The notes under the pieces were generated by a model. The model did no database searches and was not told where the DNA came from. It saw only the letters and a list, made by a program, of their open reading frames with translations. From the NCBI RefSeq assembly GCF_001949145.1, contig NW_019091356.1:3702934-3766933 (forward strand): a stretch of 64,000 nucleotides of DNA. The letters run 5' to 3'. Below are positions 39,501 to 50,533 of the stretch, piece by piece. A program made the translations under genes and the position numbers. Within the stretch, counting starts at the first letter, position 1; each line of letters begins with the position of its first letter. Origin of the DNA: Acanthaster planci. Taxonomy: Eukaryota.

Positions 39501-42500
39501 AGAAATCTTAAAGACCGAGCAAGCAATAACAGCCCTTTTTTTCTCATTTTTCTTCTGCAGTACCTCCACCGCCCCCACCCCCTCCCCCACCCCCTCCTGG
39601 TGCAACGCCCCCGCCCCCTCCCCCACCCCCATCATTTGGTGGTGGACCTCCACCCCCTCCCCCGCCGGGACCTCCCCCTCTCCCTGGCGGTATCCTTGGA
39701 GCAGCCCCAGATGGATGTAAGTGGACGCTTCAGACTGCTATGTAGTTTGTCATTGGATGACCCTTAATATCAGTGGTGTTTCTGTCTGAAAGTTCCATGT
39801 ATTTTTGTACTTGCTGTCCATTCGGATTGGCTCTGATCTAACCTGATTCCATTGGTATTTTTCAGTTGATTCCAGTGATATGCTTTATGCAGTTTGGTTG
39901 GGCAATATTCGGGTTTGACTTTTCAAGTCCATTTATATGGCCTTGCTAAGTTGAACTTGGCAATGAAATTTTGCATTGCAGTTTAAATTGGAGTCAGTTT
40001 ATTCTAAGTTGAATTGATTTGAAAATGATTGAAGATTTGAGAATTTTGATTTGATTTGTGTCATTTGGAATCTAGTGATTCAGTTGATTGGGTTGATTTG
40101 AATGATTTGATGTCAGTCAAGTGATTTCATTTGTTTGCTTAATCAATACATAAGTTTCTTTGTGTCCATACACTTTGTTAATGATTTTGCCTTTTGGATA
40201 TGCAGCTGTGACCATAAAAGGCAAGATCCATACCAAATACCGTCTGCCCCTCCTCAACTGGAGTCCCTTCATGCCCAATCAAATCGGTGGCACCGTGTTC
40301 AGCGAACTTGACGACACCAAAGTCATGAAGGTGGGCGAGAGACAATGACTCATTCCTCATTTCACCATGCTCCTTTGAGGAGAATTCCTTATTCCGTTGG
40401 ACAGGTGTTTCAATCCTTTAGTGCTTTTCCGCCACCCCTTTCACTGCAGGACATCAACTTTGAGAACTTTGAGGAGATGTTTAAGACCCAGAACCAGTCC
40501 ACGGGCAACTTTACGGCCAAGGATGGGCCCAAAAAGTCCCCCTCCAAGAAGAAGCAGCAGTCGCTGCTGGACGCCAACCGGCTGCAGAACATCTCCATCA
40601 TGCGGCGGAAGATCGAGCTGTCGGCCAAGCAAATCACAGAGGCAATCAGAAGGTAAGGCTGCTTTTTTTTTTGCCTGGCATCTCACAGGACCCCCCTCAA
40701 AAACAAATGTTCCAAACTCTGTCCCATTGTGTTTTCGGTGCAGAAATAAATTGGACGTGTTTATATTCCCTCTAGATGGAATGCTAGTGTGGCATGTAGG
40801 TTGAATATTTCGAAGCAAATGCTTGAATCCTTAGTGCACTCGGATCAATTTCAAGGAGCTATGAAGTACAGAAATTTGTTCGAAGTTTATTTTCGACCTG
40901 GCTGCTGTGGCTGGTGTGGAAAGAGGCAAATTAGGATAAAGTACCTTGCCTGAGAACACAACGCATGTTTAGGTTCTGGCAGCTTTGACTTCCAGTTGTG
41001 GGTCACCAGTGCTGACCTGACCCATTTTTTTTCCAGCATAAATTAAACTATCTCCTGGAGATGGTTGGAGGAGAAAATTTTTGACTTGAACAATCTTTGT
41101 GTGGGACAGTTATTGGAAACTTTTTTTATCTTCTCCAGGATGGATCTGAGCCTGTTGGAACTGGACACGGTGGAGCAGCTGCAACGATTTGTACCCAACG
41201 AGCAGGAAGTGAAAGCCTTCAAACAGTACGAGAAAGATAAGAAACCCATCGAGCAACTGACAGAAGAAGACAGACTCATGATCAGCGTAAGTTGACAGAA
41301 CAAAAACAATCAGTTCCAAGCTGAAGCAGATTACTATTCAAAACCTGTTTTATTTGTGACTAGTTTTCCACACAGCTGTGACTTTTAAATCTTTAGATAT
41401 CCTCCAATTGTTCTTTTTGTCGTCTTCGGTAGACTTTCAAGACTTGCTCTTTTTTTTTGGTCCCAATAGTTGTCCAAAGTGGAGAGACTGGCAGACCGTT
41501 TGTCCGTCATGAGCTTCATGGGTAACTTTGCCGACACAATCAAGGCGATCAAGCCGGTGGGTGGTAGATGTGACACGATACTTTACATCTCAAATCTGAG
41601 ACTCGTTTCACGTGAAAAAATTCCTGGTGCATGGTTGTGGAGCTGATCTTGTAGAGGAAAGAATCCAATCAAAGACTGATTTATATTAAAATCTTTCAGT
41701 AGAATCGAGTGGAAAGTTTTGTCTGCTTTTAAATCAGTGGAAAATAATTTTCTCATCGAAGCCTGTTTATTTACAACTTGTGATTTCTGAAGGTGAAAAG
41801 AGATTATAAAATGTACGAGGAATTCCACAAAAATTTACTGAGCTTTCTTAATATTTTTATTTTAGCAATTGAATGCCATTACGTCAGCATCTCTCACCAT
41901 CAAGACCTCGGCTCGTCTCAAGAAGATCTTGGAGATCGTCCTGGCCTTTGGGAATTACTTGAACAGTGCCAAGAGAGGGGCAGCATACGGCTTCAAGTTG
42001 CAGAGTCTGGACACGGTAAGAAAAAACTACTAGCCAGCTCGTGTCCATGAGCAAGCTATTTTATCCTGATATTTTCAGATATGCATCTATGCGTATTCCT
42101 CGCTATGGGCTTTTTGGCCTTTCCTGTATCATTATCAATTTCATGTTTTTCCTCGTGTGTGCGCATTTTGCTTTATGGAAATTTTCTGTCCGTTTCTTCC
42201 TCATTGGCTTTCTCGTTGTGTGCTTTTTTCTTGACACCCATATTTGAATTATTTGCTTTCTTTTTTGTTTTAGTTACTGGACACCAAGTCGACAGACCGG
42301 TCCATGACGCTGCTGCACTACATTGTGGAGACAGTGCAACGCAAGTTTCCCGGTGCAGCCGATTTCTGCTCTGATCTTCAATACGTCGAAAAGGCATCTG
42401 CAGGTGAGAGCATATTTTGAGGGTTTTTGTTCTTGTATTTGTGAGTTTTTCTAATTTCAGTGAATTGTTGACCGGTTTATTTTGTGGCTCAAATCTCATT

Positions 42501-45500
42501 GGACAGTAGGGCAGTGCTGAATATTTAATCATTTGTTGAATATTCAAATTTTATTTTTTGAATTTGAATATTTGAATACAAAGGTCATGAAAGGATGGAC
42601 AAATTTTCTTTTGTTTTAAATGCACTGTGGAGGCTTGTTTCAAGCAGATTCAAATGAAAAGCGTCGGAAATCTTACAATGATTTAAAAAGTAAATTATTC
42701 ATCAAACAATTTAAAAGGAATAGAAATTTTCAACAGGGCAAGAAGTCTTGTTCATCTCTTTAATCTTGCTATATCATGGCTGGAAATACTCCTAGATGTG
42801 AGAAGCTATTGTATTGATCATAATGTACAATTAAGTGTATAATCACAACTGATTTTGTATATGGTTAGTTCATCAACAATCTGCCGGTCCCTGCAACTGA
42901 ATACTCAGATATTCGATCAAATTGAAGGTCGAATATTCGAATAGTGAATTATTTGAATTGACTCAGGCCTATTGGACATTTTTGGGCTGTCTTTTTATTT
43001 CTTGACAATACTGGATAGTAAGAAATGAATAAATGTCTTTGTTGAACCATCTCCAGTTTCTATAGAGAACCTGACGTTAGACATCAGGCATTTGACGGCA
43101 GGAATCCAGCTCTGCAAGAGGGAGTTTGCCCAGCAGCATGAGAACTCTATCTTGAGAGATTTCCTCCTGTCCAATGAAGACAAGGTCAAAAAAGTTGACA
43201 GTGACATGAAGAAAGCCCAGGTAATAAGCACAGACACTTCTTTCAAGTCACCAAAATTTGCAATTCGAGTGAATCCAACTTCCACGAGTGGGTTTTGAAT
43301 TAAATCTGACTATAATAGCCAAATTTATGAAAGTTGCCCATGAAGTTGTCGCTGACCCCGTAAAAAATTGATTTGTAATGAAGGAAATGAAATATGCTGG
43401 TTTTAATATGAAACTTGTTGATTGGTTCTTTGCATCTGCTGCCCTGTTCTTGTTGCTAGGAAGCATACAATGATGCTGTTGGTTACTATGGCGAGAACCC
43501 CAAGATGTGCCCACCCAGCACGTTCTTTGCCCTCTTCCACCGCTTTGTCAACTCTTACAAGGTAGCTCATCGTTTCTTCATCAGTGAATTGCCGTTGTTG
43601 AAAAGAACAGTGAATGTGGGCATAAAGTATGCATTTGTAAACAGTATGGGAGCTTTGCAGCAAGCATTAACCCCTTTGCGCAGGACGCGGGTAGAGCCGT
43701 CGTAAAAATTGAGATCCTCAGCCCGCTTTTCAGCTATTATTCTCGGTCCACGCTCGAGCGAACACGGTGAAAGAAGGCAGACCCTGGCTCTTGTATATAT
43801 GGTAATTGGTCCTTGTGCGTAGCCCAGAAATGAAAAGATTGATTTTGCATCATAATCAGCAGCTTCACAATAGTCCCCACCTTGAAAAGAAGCCACGGGA
43901 ATGTGGAAGGGTGAGTAGCCGCATGCCACCAAACAATCAGCCTTTTCACCGTGTAATTCAAAGCGCGCAGAGCACGCAGGGCCACAAACCGAGAATTTGC
44001 GGTTTGGCAGGTGGCCTTTGTGGCCATGCGAGGCTGGAATTCTTGGAGTCGGCTTGCAGGAAGAAATTCCCGTCATCAAGGGGTTAAAGAATATATGCCA
44101 CATTCTGTTGGATGTTGATGATTAATTTTTATGCCTTGGTGGTTTAATTTCAGAAAGCGGAAGCTGACAATGAACAGCGAAGAAAACAGAAGGTAATGTT
44201 TCCGTCCGCCTGACCCTTCCCCCAGAACAGGAAAACTGTGTTTAAATGTTTTGGTTTTATTTCTAGTGTAGCGTACTTGGTTTAATTTTTTGCGTGAGTT
44301 TCTGAAAAAATACTCTGCTGTTGTCCTTTTTATAGGGGATTTTTCAATTCATGACACGAAGGTTTGGTTTATCAATCAGCAAAACATTCATGCACATTGT
44401 ATTCAGAGAAGGTTTTCTATTTTTCCCTGTAATGCAGGAAGCGGCCCTAGAGACTGCAGCAAACATTGCGGCTGCTCAGAAGGCACGCAAACACAAAGAT
44501 CAGAACAAGATCAATCAGGTATGTGCCTTGCCAGTAGAGGGCGCTGTTTCTTCCTACCCCCTCATATATGGGAGTGTATGTCTGAAAACCAGCATTGTCA
44601 GCAACTGCATCATTAAAACCACATATTTTGAGAGGATTCTTATGGTGAGGTAAAGTGGTTTTCACTACAAGAAGTATACTCTAGCAATTTGATGTCAGGC
44701 CAGTGACCTTGTGCACTGTGTAAAAGGTCGCTTTGAAACATACATCGGCAAGTTCCATTGATGACCAATTGTTATCCTGTGGTTAATTTTCCCTGGTAAC
44801 CTGTGCACAAAACATCCGGGCAAAATAGTTGACAAACGGTTCTTGCTCAAACTGCCTCTGAGGTGCTGAGAGTTACTGAGTAACAATGCCACTGTCAACT
44901 CAGCTTGAATCACTTTGGTTGCGTCTCATCTGGGATTTTTTTGGTTCTTCCCGGCAGGACGCCATGGTGCTTGAGCTACAGAAGAAGCACAGGAACCATC
45001 AGGACAAGAGGCGAGAAGCCTCCGACGGAGCCATCGAAAATATTATCTCAGGTACGGACAGCGTTTTTTAAAATTGCTGAACGAAGGCTTCTGTATTCTT
45101 TGATTCTTTTCTTGACTTTGAAGGAGTGTAAGGATGCTTTGAAGGTATATACATACCCTCAAGGGTCCACCCTTTTATTACCCCTGATAACCGTGCATAG
45201 AAATCATTCCTGTACACTGTAACTCCTTGGTGAGTACAGCAGGATTGCACTGAGCTGAATGATCGCACATTTATTACGAGTATGCTGCCATCATGGCTAC
45301 CCTGCTGTAGCCATTTTGCTTCATTGGAATGAAGTTCTTGGCTCACAAGGACATAGATACCACTTGCTGGGTTGAACCCAAGACCATCGATGCGTGCATG
45401 TCAATTTTCATGTTTTCTGTTTTTATTAACGCCTGGTGCGAGACATGCCAGGTGTAAGTAATGAGGATTTTTTCACTGTTTCATTCGCAGATCTGAAAAA

Positions 45501-45600
45501 TGAGCCTTACCGACGAGCAGATGGAATCCGACGCAGCCTACGGCGGAAACAGCAAGAAAACCTTCGACCCACAATCCTCTCCAATGAAATGGTGATCTAA
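21339..45600 (+). CDS. FMNL: Formin-like protein (FMNL/FRL subfamily), spliced gene, ~1058 aa over 26 coding exons (first exon less certain)
   Basis: Manually joined exons: 21339-21563, 31954-32037, 32593-32673, 32822-32901, 33241-33324, 35245-35407, 35540-35616, 36064-36157, 36607-36684, 37147-37257, 38114-38263, 38486-38587, 38946-39204, 39561-39716, 40206-40330, 40450-40652, 41139-41286, 41470-41556, 41866-42015, 42274-42403, 43057-43220, 43460-43561, 44154-44192, 44438-44518, 44958-45051, 45491-45600. All introns are GT-AG with matching phases. FMNL hallmarks: [53 protein letters not shown], poly-Pro FH1, FH2 [35 protein letters not shown]. Confidence 0.93.
26578..26810. repeat. Long fold-back inverted repeat (MITE-like), ~100 bp arms
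   Basis: AAAACCCTTCACACGGTGAGCTTTATCATTTTGGTGCATATCAACTTCCAATT matches the reverse complement of AATTGGAAGTTCATATGCACCCAAATGACAAAGCTCACCATGTGAAGGGTTTT. Confidence 0.85.
31954..32037 (+). CDS. FMNL: FMNL exon 2 (GBD)
   Basis: cag|[28 protein letters not shown]|gtgagg. Confidence 0.95.
32593..32673 (+). CDS. FMNL: FMNL exon 3
   Basis: [31 protein letters not shown] flanks. Confidence 0.92.
32822..32901 (+). CDS. FMNL: FMNL exon 4
   Basis: [26 protein letters not shown]. Confidence 0.92.
33107..33162. repeat. 15-bp C-rich tandem repeat x ~3.7 in FMNL intron 4
   Basis: (CCCCGCCCAACCCTA)n. Confidence 0.9.
33241..33324 (+). CDS. FMNL: FMNL exon 5
   Basis: [20 protein letters not shown]. Confidence 0.93.
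33555..33665 (-). mobile_element. tRNA-derived SINE head or tRNA pseudogene
   Basis: Minus strand GGCAGGATAGCTCAGTTGGTAGAGCACCAGTACGGTGTTCTGGAGGCCGCAGGTTCAAATCCCGCTCCAGTC. A and B boxes are intact, but the acceptor, T and anticodon stems have mismatches and the anticodon loop is non-canonical. Confidence 0.75.
35245..35407 (+). CDS. FMNL: FMNL exon 6
   Basis: ...[17 protein letters not shown]. Confidence 0.9.
35540..35616 (+). CDS. FMNL: FMNL exon 7
   Basis: [25 protein letters not shown]. Confidence 0.93.
36064..36157 (+). CDS. FMNL: FMNL exon 8 (FH3)
   Basis: [31 protein letters not shown]. Confidence 0.95.
36607..36684 (+). CDS. FMNL: FMNL exon 9
   Basis: [26 protein letters not shown]. 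Confidence 0.93.
37147..37257 (+). CDS. FMNL: FMNL exon 10
   Basis: [37 protein letters not shown]. Confidence 0.95.
37287..37495. mobile_element. hAT-like MITE
   Basis: TIR CAAGGGCAGA/TCTGCCCTTG; 8-bp flanks CTGCTTTC / CTACTTTT (6/8 TSD). Confidence 0.65.
37641..37899. repeat. Minisatellite, 54 bp x ~4.8 in FMNL intron 10
   Basis: CCAAGTCAAGTCCTAGTTCTTGTTCAACCCTTAAGTTTTATCCCACATTTCATC at 37641, 37695, 37749, 37803 and 37857 (last copy degenerate). Confidence 0.95.
38114..38263 (+). CDS. FMNL: FMNL exon 11
   Basis: [34 protein letters not shown]... Confidence 0.93.
38486..38587 (+). CDS. FMNL: FMNL exon 12 (coiled coil)
   Basis: [34 protein letters not shown]. Confidence 0.9.
38946..39204 (+). 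CDS. FMNL: FMNL exon 13 (Gly/Pro-rich linker)
   Basis: [15 protein letters not shown]...GPGGGG repeats...FPPPPDD. The acceptor could instead be the in-frame CAG ending at 38951. Confidence 0.85.
39561..39716 (+). CDS. FMNL: FMNL exon 14 (FH1 polyproline)
   Basis: Multiple poly-Pro tracts, phase 1/1. Confidence 0.92.
40206..40330 (+). CDS. FMNL: FMNL exon 15 (FH2 start)
   Basis: [31 protein letters not shown]. Confidence 0.94.
40450..40652 (+). CDS. FMNL: FMNL exon 16 (FH2)
   Basis: [13 protein letters not shown]...[17 protein letters not shown]. Confidence 0.94.
40917..41020 (-). mobile_element. SINE fragment related to the 7407-7737 element
   Basis: GGAAAGAGGCAAATTAGGATAAAGTACCTTGCCTGAGAACACAAC resembles GGAGAGAGGCACTTGAGGTAAAGTGACTTACCCAAGATCACAAC. 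Confidence 0.55.
41139..41286 (+). CDS. FMNL: FMNL exon 17 (FH2)
   Basis: [23 protein letters not shown]...LTEEDRLM. Confidence 0.94.
41470..41556 (+). CDS. FMNL: FMNL exon 18 (FH2)
   Basis: [29 protein letters not shown]. Confidence 0.93.
41866..42015 (+). CDS. FMNL: FMNL exon 19 (FH2)
   Basis: [33 protein letters not shown]. Confidence 0.96.
42274..42403 (+). CDS. FMNL: FMNL exon 20 (FH2)
   Basis: [21 protein letters not shown]. Confidence 0.95.
42507..42971. mobile_element. hAT-like non-autonomous DNA transposon
   Basis: Ends TAGGGCAG.../...CAGGCCTA; 8-bp TSD TTGGACAG / TTGGACAT; subterminal GAATATTCGA-like repeats at both ends. Confidence 0.8.
43057..43220 (+). CDS. FMNL: FMNL exon 21 (FH2)
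   Basis: [23 protein letters not shown]...KKAQ. Confidence 0.92.
43460..43561 (+). CDS. FMNL: FMNL exon 22 (FH2 end)
   Basis: [34 protein letters not shown]. Confidence 0.94.
43671..44083. mobile_element. piggyBac-like non-autonomous element in FMNL intron 22
   Basis: TTAA-CCCCTT...AAGGGG-TTAA; GC/CpG-richer than its flanks. Confidence 0.75.
44154..44192 (+). CDS. FMNL: FMNL exon 23 (39 nt)
   Basis: [13 protein letters not shown], cag|...|gtaatg. Confidence 0.87.
44438..44518 (+). CDS. FMNL: FMNL exon 24
   Basis: [27 protein letters not shown]. Confidence 0.87.
44531..44544 (+). promoter_or_regulatory. CTCF consensus motif
   Basis: CCAGTAGAGGGCGC is a full match to CCASYAGRKGGCRS. Confidence 0.55.
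44958..45051 (+). CDS. FMNL: FMNL exon 25 (WH2-like/DAD start)
   Basis: [10 protein letters not shown]...DGAIENIIS. Confidence 0.92.
45491..45600 (+). CDS. FMNL: FMNL last coding exon (DAD basic tail, stop TAA)
   Basis: [36 protein letters not shown]. Confidence 0.9.
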
Positions 45601-47682
45601 ATCAGTCCCCAAAATAACACCTCTCAGGAGAAAACCTTTGATACAACAGCTGATGGTGTCAGCATTCACAGGTCAGAGTTGACATTCTCTGAGAGAGAAA
45701 AAGTCAAGTTGCCTCCCTTGCCAAGATGGTTCAAATGTTCTCTGCTGGCTATAACTTGGCTCTTTGCATTGAACTGGAATATTTCAAGTTCCGTTTGTAA
45801 ATATGAGGGGCACCCCCAACATGTTACCACTTTGCTAACAGATAAATGACTGGTATTTAAAAAGAACAGGATTAATTTAATCTCAACTGTATATATGTGG
45901 AGCTCCCCTCTCATAAAGTGCCATATTAAAATCTAAGCATTTTCCTTGTACATAGCAAGTTGTTAATGACATTACATTTTTTTTATAAGACTTAATAGGG
46001 CTGTGCTCCCCCTGTGTGGGGTGTGCCCTGAAATTGCTGGTAAATTTGTATTTAGTCAGCAAAGCCTTAGCACTGAACAGAGTCATCCTCAAATATTGCC
46101 CAAGAAAAAATAGGAAGACCATTAGACTTTTGTATAAAAGTTACCATTAGTGTAAAGATGATGATCTTTTTTAAGTTACAATTTTGAAAGGAAAATGGAG
46201 TGAGATTTGATGGATTCCCCCATATCTTTTTTTTTTTAAATGGAAGCTCCAATCTTTGCCAAATGTATGCCAAAGTTTTATGACAGAGCTAGTGATATAT
46301 TCGGAGGAGAGTTAGACTCTTTGTAGAGCTTTCTAGATGTTTGAATCGACGAGACACGGGCGCCAGGAGTCAATCCTTCCACTGTTCTTTCTGGAGACAA
46401 AACATCTCTTCCATGTAAAGGTTGCAGAATGATGCCAATATCTTCCCTAAGTTGGTCAAAATCTCAGTGAGTTTGTTATTGGTCAGGAAAGCACCAGCTG
46501 CAGCAAATGTAACTTAAATGAAGTCCCTGTCAACTCTTCATCATTTCCTTCTTGTGGTAGTGGCGCATGTGTGTAGATCTGTTTCACCCACGACTGGTTT
46601 GCGCTAAACATGAACAATACCTCCACGTGTGGGCCACCGTGGCCACGGTCATCGCATATATTGTTATGGGCAGCTTCAACCACGGACAAACGCAAATGCG
46701 CATGCTGCATGCTTGACTAATTTATCTTGAATAAGTAGATTACCATCTCAACACTATCCACTCATTACCATCACAACAGATCGTGGTGCAGCACGATTGT
46801 GACATCACAGGAAAAAGGTCTGTAGCAAAAATTTATTTGAAATATCGACAAGATGTAGGACAAAATTACGAATGAGAATTGTCAGGTGATCAATGTTCTT
46901 TTCGCTTGTAATGGACAACCATTGTATGTGAACAACCCACGGGCATTGTATAGATACTTTAGTATGTTTTATATTGTAAAGTATTTTTAAAATTTTTTTT
47001 GTCTAATTAAAGAGTTCAGTCTGTACGATTTTAAAATTTTGAAGCATTTCTAAATTTTTTTCGTACATTGGATTTTAACATGAACAATATGGACCTATCT
47101 GGAATGAGCTTCCTTCTCAATTGTGCAGTTTTCTCTAATGATGTGGTGATGATGGCCTATTTTAAAACCAATTAGAATCTACCTTTTTTGACACTTTCAG
47201 AGAAGCCAATCGTATTGCCTGTTTCAAAGCTTTAGATTGTGCAGACATTTTGTCCACTAATAAGAACAGTAGTCAGGATCACATGGCGACAGTGTAACCA
47301 ATCAGCTGTGATGTTTTAACAGTGCTTTTAGAAGAGAAGCAAACAAGGATTTTGAACCAGAATGTCTGTTGCCACAAAAGGAATATTCTTAATAGACAAA
47401 AACCAATTGAAATTGGTACCGATATGCAAAGAGTGAAATACATTGTAAATGGAATGTGAGTGTATATTTTTTATGGAAATTTCAAACTTTAGTGTATTTT
47501 ACTTGTGCACTCTAGCAATGCTTATGTAATCTTAGGTTAACAACCACAAGAAATGATTTTGTTTTAATTGATGGAAGATTTTTGCCACTTTTTTGTTCCT
47601 ACTTCGACGCCTCTGCTCTGTTCCATTCCTCATACCTTTAGTGTAATTTCGTTAACAGTACTGGGTTCGAATGCTAATTAAT

Positions 47683-47908
47683 GGGGCAGCGTGGACATCC
47701 GGGAGTTTCACAGAAATACGGGTAGCAACCACACCGCGCCGATGAAAACAATTGCAACGAGCACGCGCGTACGTACAGATCAAAAAAAGATTGTATAAGC
47801 CGATCCTCGGATCGGGCTGGTTGGTGCGTGCGTACGTCGCCAAGGTCGCTGTTTCCACCGGCGCAGTACCTGTCATTTTGCGAGAATCCCGGATGTCCGC
47901 GCTGCCCC
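47683..47908. mobile_element. Palindromic MITE-like element in probable FMNL 3' UTR
   Basis: GGGGCAGCGTGGACATCCGGGAGTTTCACAGAAATACGGGTA matches the reverse complement of TACCTGTCATTTTGCGAGAATCCCGGATGTCCGCGCTGCCCC; inner arms are also complementary. Confidence 0.8.
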
Positions 47909-47939
47909 GTAGGGATCATAAACATTTGACATTTTTAAA

Positions 47940-48014
47940 AATAAATTAAAGCAAATAGTGCACATTTCTCTTTTTGTCACAACAATGCGACGTAGCCCTG
48001 ACAATAAAAATAAA
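47940..48014 (+). terminator. Candidate polyadenylation signals of FMNL
   Basis: AATAAA at 47940, 48003 and 48009 after a ~2.3 kb AT-rich stretch downstream of the stop; weaker ATTAAA at 47006. Confidence 0.45.
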
Positions 48015-48138
48015 AACATTTCCACGGATGAGGTCGTGATGAAATTGCCCATGAAGGAAGTATCCAGTCATTGTTCGTAGTGCCCTCTGTTGACGTCAAT
48101 GGTTAGAAAAACTGTCATTTTTTCTATATATTTTGAAT

Positions 48139-48266
48139 ACGGGCGATTCACAATAGTGCGTCACCAAGAGTTTGCAATACATTGGCCAATCATAACGCGC
48201 GAAATTTGTCGACCCTTTCCAAACGCATTGAAAAGTCTTGGTGGCACACTATTGTAAAATGGCCGT
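48139..48266. mobile_element. Small MITE-like inverted repeat
   Basis: ACGGGCGATTCACAATAGTGCGTCACCAAGAGTTT matches the reverse complement of AAAGTCTTGGTGGCACACTATTGTAAAATGGCCGT. Confidence 0.75.
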
Positions 48267-49119
48267 CTTGGCCAATATTAATGTCATTTCTCTAGATACA
48301 AAATGTCTCACGAAATTTATATTTTGGATTCCAATATTTTGCCCAGATTCTAGCATAAACCATGAAACAATCCTCTAGCTTCAAGACGACTTGTTTCATG
48401 AACTTATGTCATAAAAATACAATTTTTTTTAATCTAGAGGGCGCCTTGCACACTTGTTATTTTGAGATGGTCCACGTTTGAGTTGTACCGTTTCTAGTCT
48501 CCTTTTGCATTTTAAATAAAGGGAATTTTGCCCATTGGAAGATTCTGTGTATTGAGGCATGGTTTGGGTACAAGTATTTCACGGAGAGAGAATGCAGTTC
48601 GATATTTTGAAACGGCTCACTGACGGTAATTTGTCTACATTGGCTTCTGTAGGTGGAAATATGGACACACTATAAATACAAAAAATGTATTACATTGAAG
48701 AACCAGAATGGCTGGTTTTCCTGTTTGAAGGGAAAATATTTGATGCATAACCGGCTTTAAATAGCATTTTGTGAAGGTCACAAAAGATACCGACGCAGTG
48801 CACAGACCTGAAATTCCGGAAGATTGCAAGGTTTGTGTTGAGTTAAATCATGAAGTTCGGGCGTATTTTGTCACTTTTCCTGTGAAAAACTGTACGCCGT
48901 CCCGTTTTCTCTTAATTTCAGACGAAGGTGTTCACATATGCATGCAAAGCATTGTGAATTGATGGCAGGAAACATGTTTCCAAAGGTATTTTATGAAATA
49001 AAACATTGCGATGAATATGTTACAAGCGAGTTGTCTCTTCTGTATCGTTCTTATCGTTACAAGTTCTTTCTGTTTTCATTTGAATCTGAGACAAGTCATG
49101 CCTCTCCCCCCCACCGTTG

Positions 49120-50045
49120 TGTTCCCCAACAGTTTGCCCCTCCCCCCGACGTCTTATGCGCGTTGACGTCGCTGCGCGTCGACCCAGAAAGCTCCGCCCA
49201 CTGTAAACGTAACTCTAATTATAGAGCACGGACCCTTGCTCTTAACAGGTGCGCCCCTTTACCCAATGCCACCCTACACCTATTGCCTCCCATGCGCGGC
49301 TGCACGATCGGGCGTTTGTGCTTGCATAATGTAGGACAAACTCATGGCTATGGTTGGTCAGAACACAACGGGGCGGGGCGTAATGGATCTGTCTCTTGAA
49401 AAAGTAAACGTTCGCCAAAAACTCAAGAAAAAAGTAGGAGATTTTGGTTAAGGAACTATTTATCCTATCTAGTTATTAGATATTGTGACCTGAGAAACAG
49501 ATCTCTCTTTTTTATCTGTTAATAAAGTGTTGGCGTAATTCACATCGGGGAAAAAACTTTGACTCGTACCAACGCTGACAGTCAAAAGGTAAATGTACAT
49601 GTACGCTGCATGTTCACGAATGCACATTGTGTAGGCGAGAGTCCACATAAAATAAAACTTCTGTGTCGAATCTCTATGCTCTAACTGTGTGGGGAAAACG
49701 ACTACAGACTCAAATATAGAAAAAAGTCACATTCGAGTTTTGGTGCAATCCTTCCATAGTCTTCATTTTTAAATCATATTAAAATCAATCAGATATGAAA
49801 ACATGGGTGAACTTTAATCATGTGTGACGCAAAGCGCCAATGCAATGTAGATTTTGGTCTTACTTTTAGAGAACTGATTCCTACGGCTCTTGCGGTTCGA
49901 GAGGAGGCACGATTGTCGTGCAAATCCAATTTTGTGTCAAATCAAAATGGCGACCAGCACTGGCGCAGAGGATCGTTTGCTGCCAACGCGGCCGCGCCGC
50001 TATGTCTATGCCTAGGAAGAGTCGTCATCGCCGCTCTTTGTAAGT
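49120..50045 (+). promoter_or_regulatory. Probable GALNT promoter and upstream first exon(s)
   Basis: Locally CpG-rich. GC box GGGGCGGGGC at ~49370, YY1-type CAAAATGGCG at 49943-49952, strong donor TT|GTAAGT at 50040, second donor AAG|GTAAAT at 49589. The first coding exon starts at a splice acceptor, so an upstream exon is required. Confidence 0.6.
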
Positions 50046-50533
50046 TCTGTACATATACTGTTTATCTATTTTCGTCAGAACATGAAATTATTTTGATCTT
50101 TGCAGTGATATCTGTGCCACTTTTCAGTCATGTCGACAGCTGTGGATCTTTTCACCAACGACTTGATCATGTTGAACCGGAAAGAAAGTTAAAACGCATG
50201 GCTTGGACGTTACACGTTGCACGAAGGCATGGGTGGGCCTAATTATGCTAACGTTACACGTCGCTGGAAATTTAATATTCTTATTTATTGATGTGTTTGT
50301 TTGCGTTTGCCAGTTGTGTCCCAATTAATGTTCCATCATCTTCCATCATGTGCAGTTTTTACGTTGAAATGGGGTTTGTTTGGTATATGTCTGTTTGCAG
50401 TACAAGTTTCGATTAAGAAGAGTTTATTTGCCAAGTTTGTGTTGAGGTGTTCATATGTCCTGGGCAGACGGTTTAAATTAACACAAAAAAGGATGAGAGT
50501 TTACTTTTACAAGTTTAGGAAGAGGGAAAAACA

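Noticed and set aside
43567..44103. 178-aa minus-strand ORF as a transposase
   Set aside because: Lies across a 413-bp non-autonomous element, shows no DDE/D motif and is far too short.
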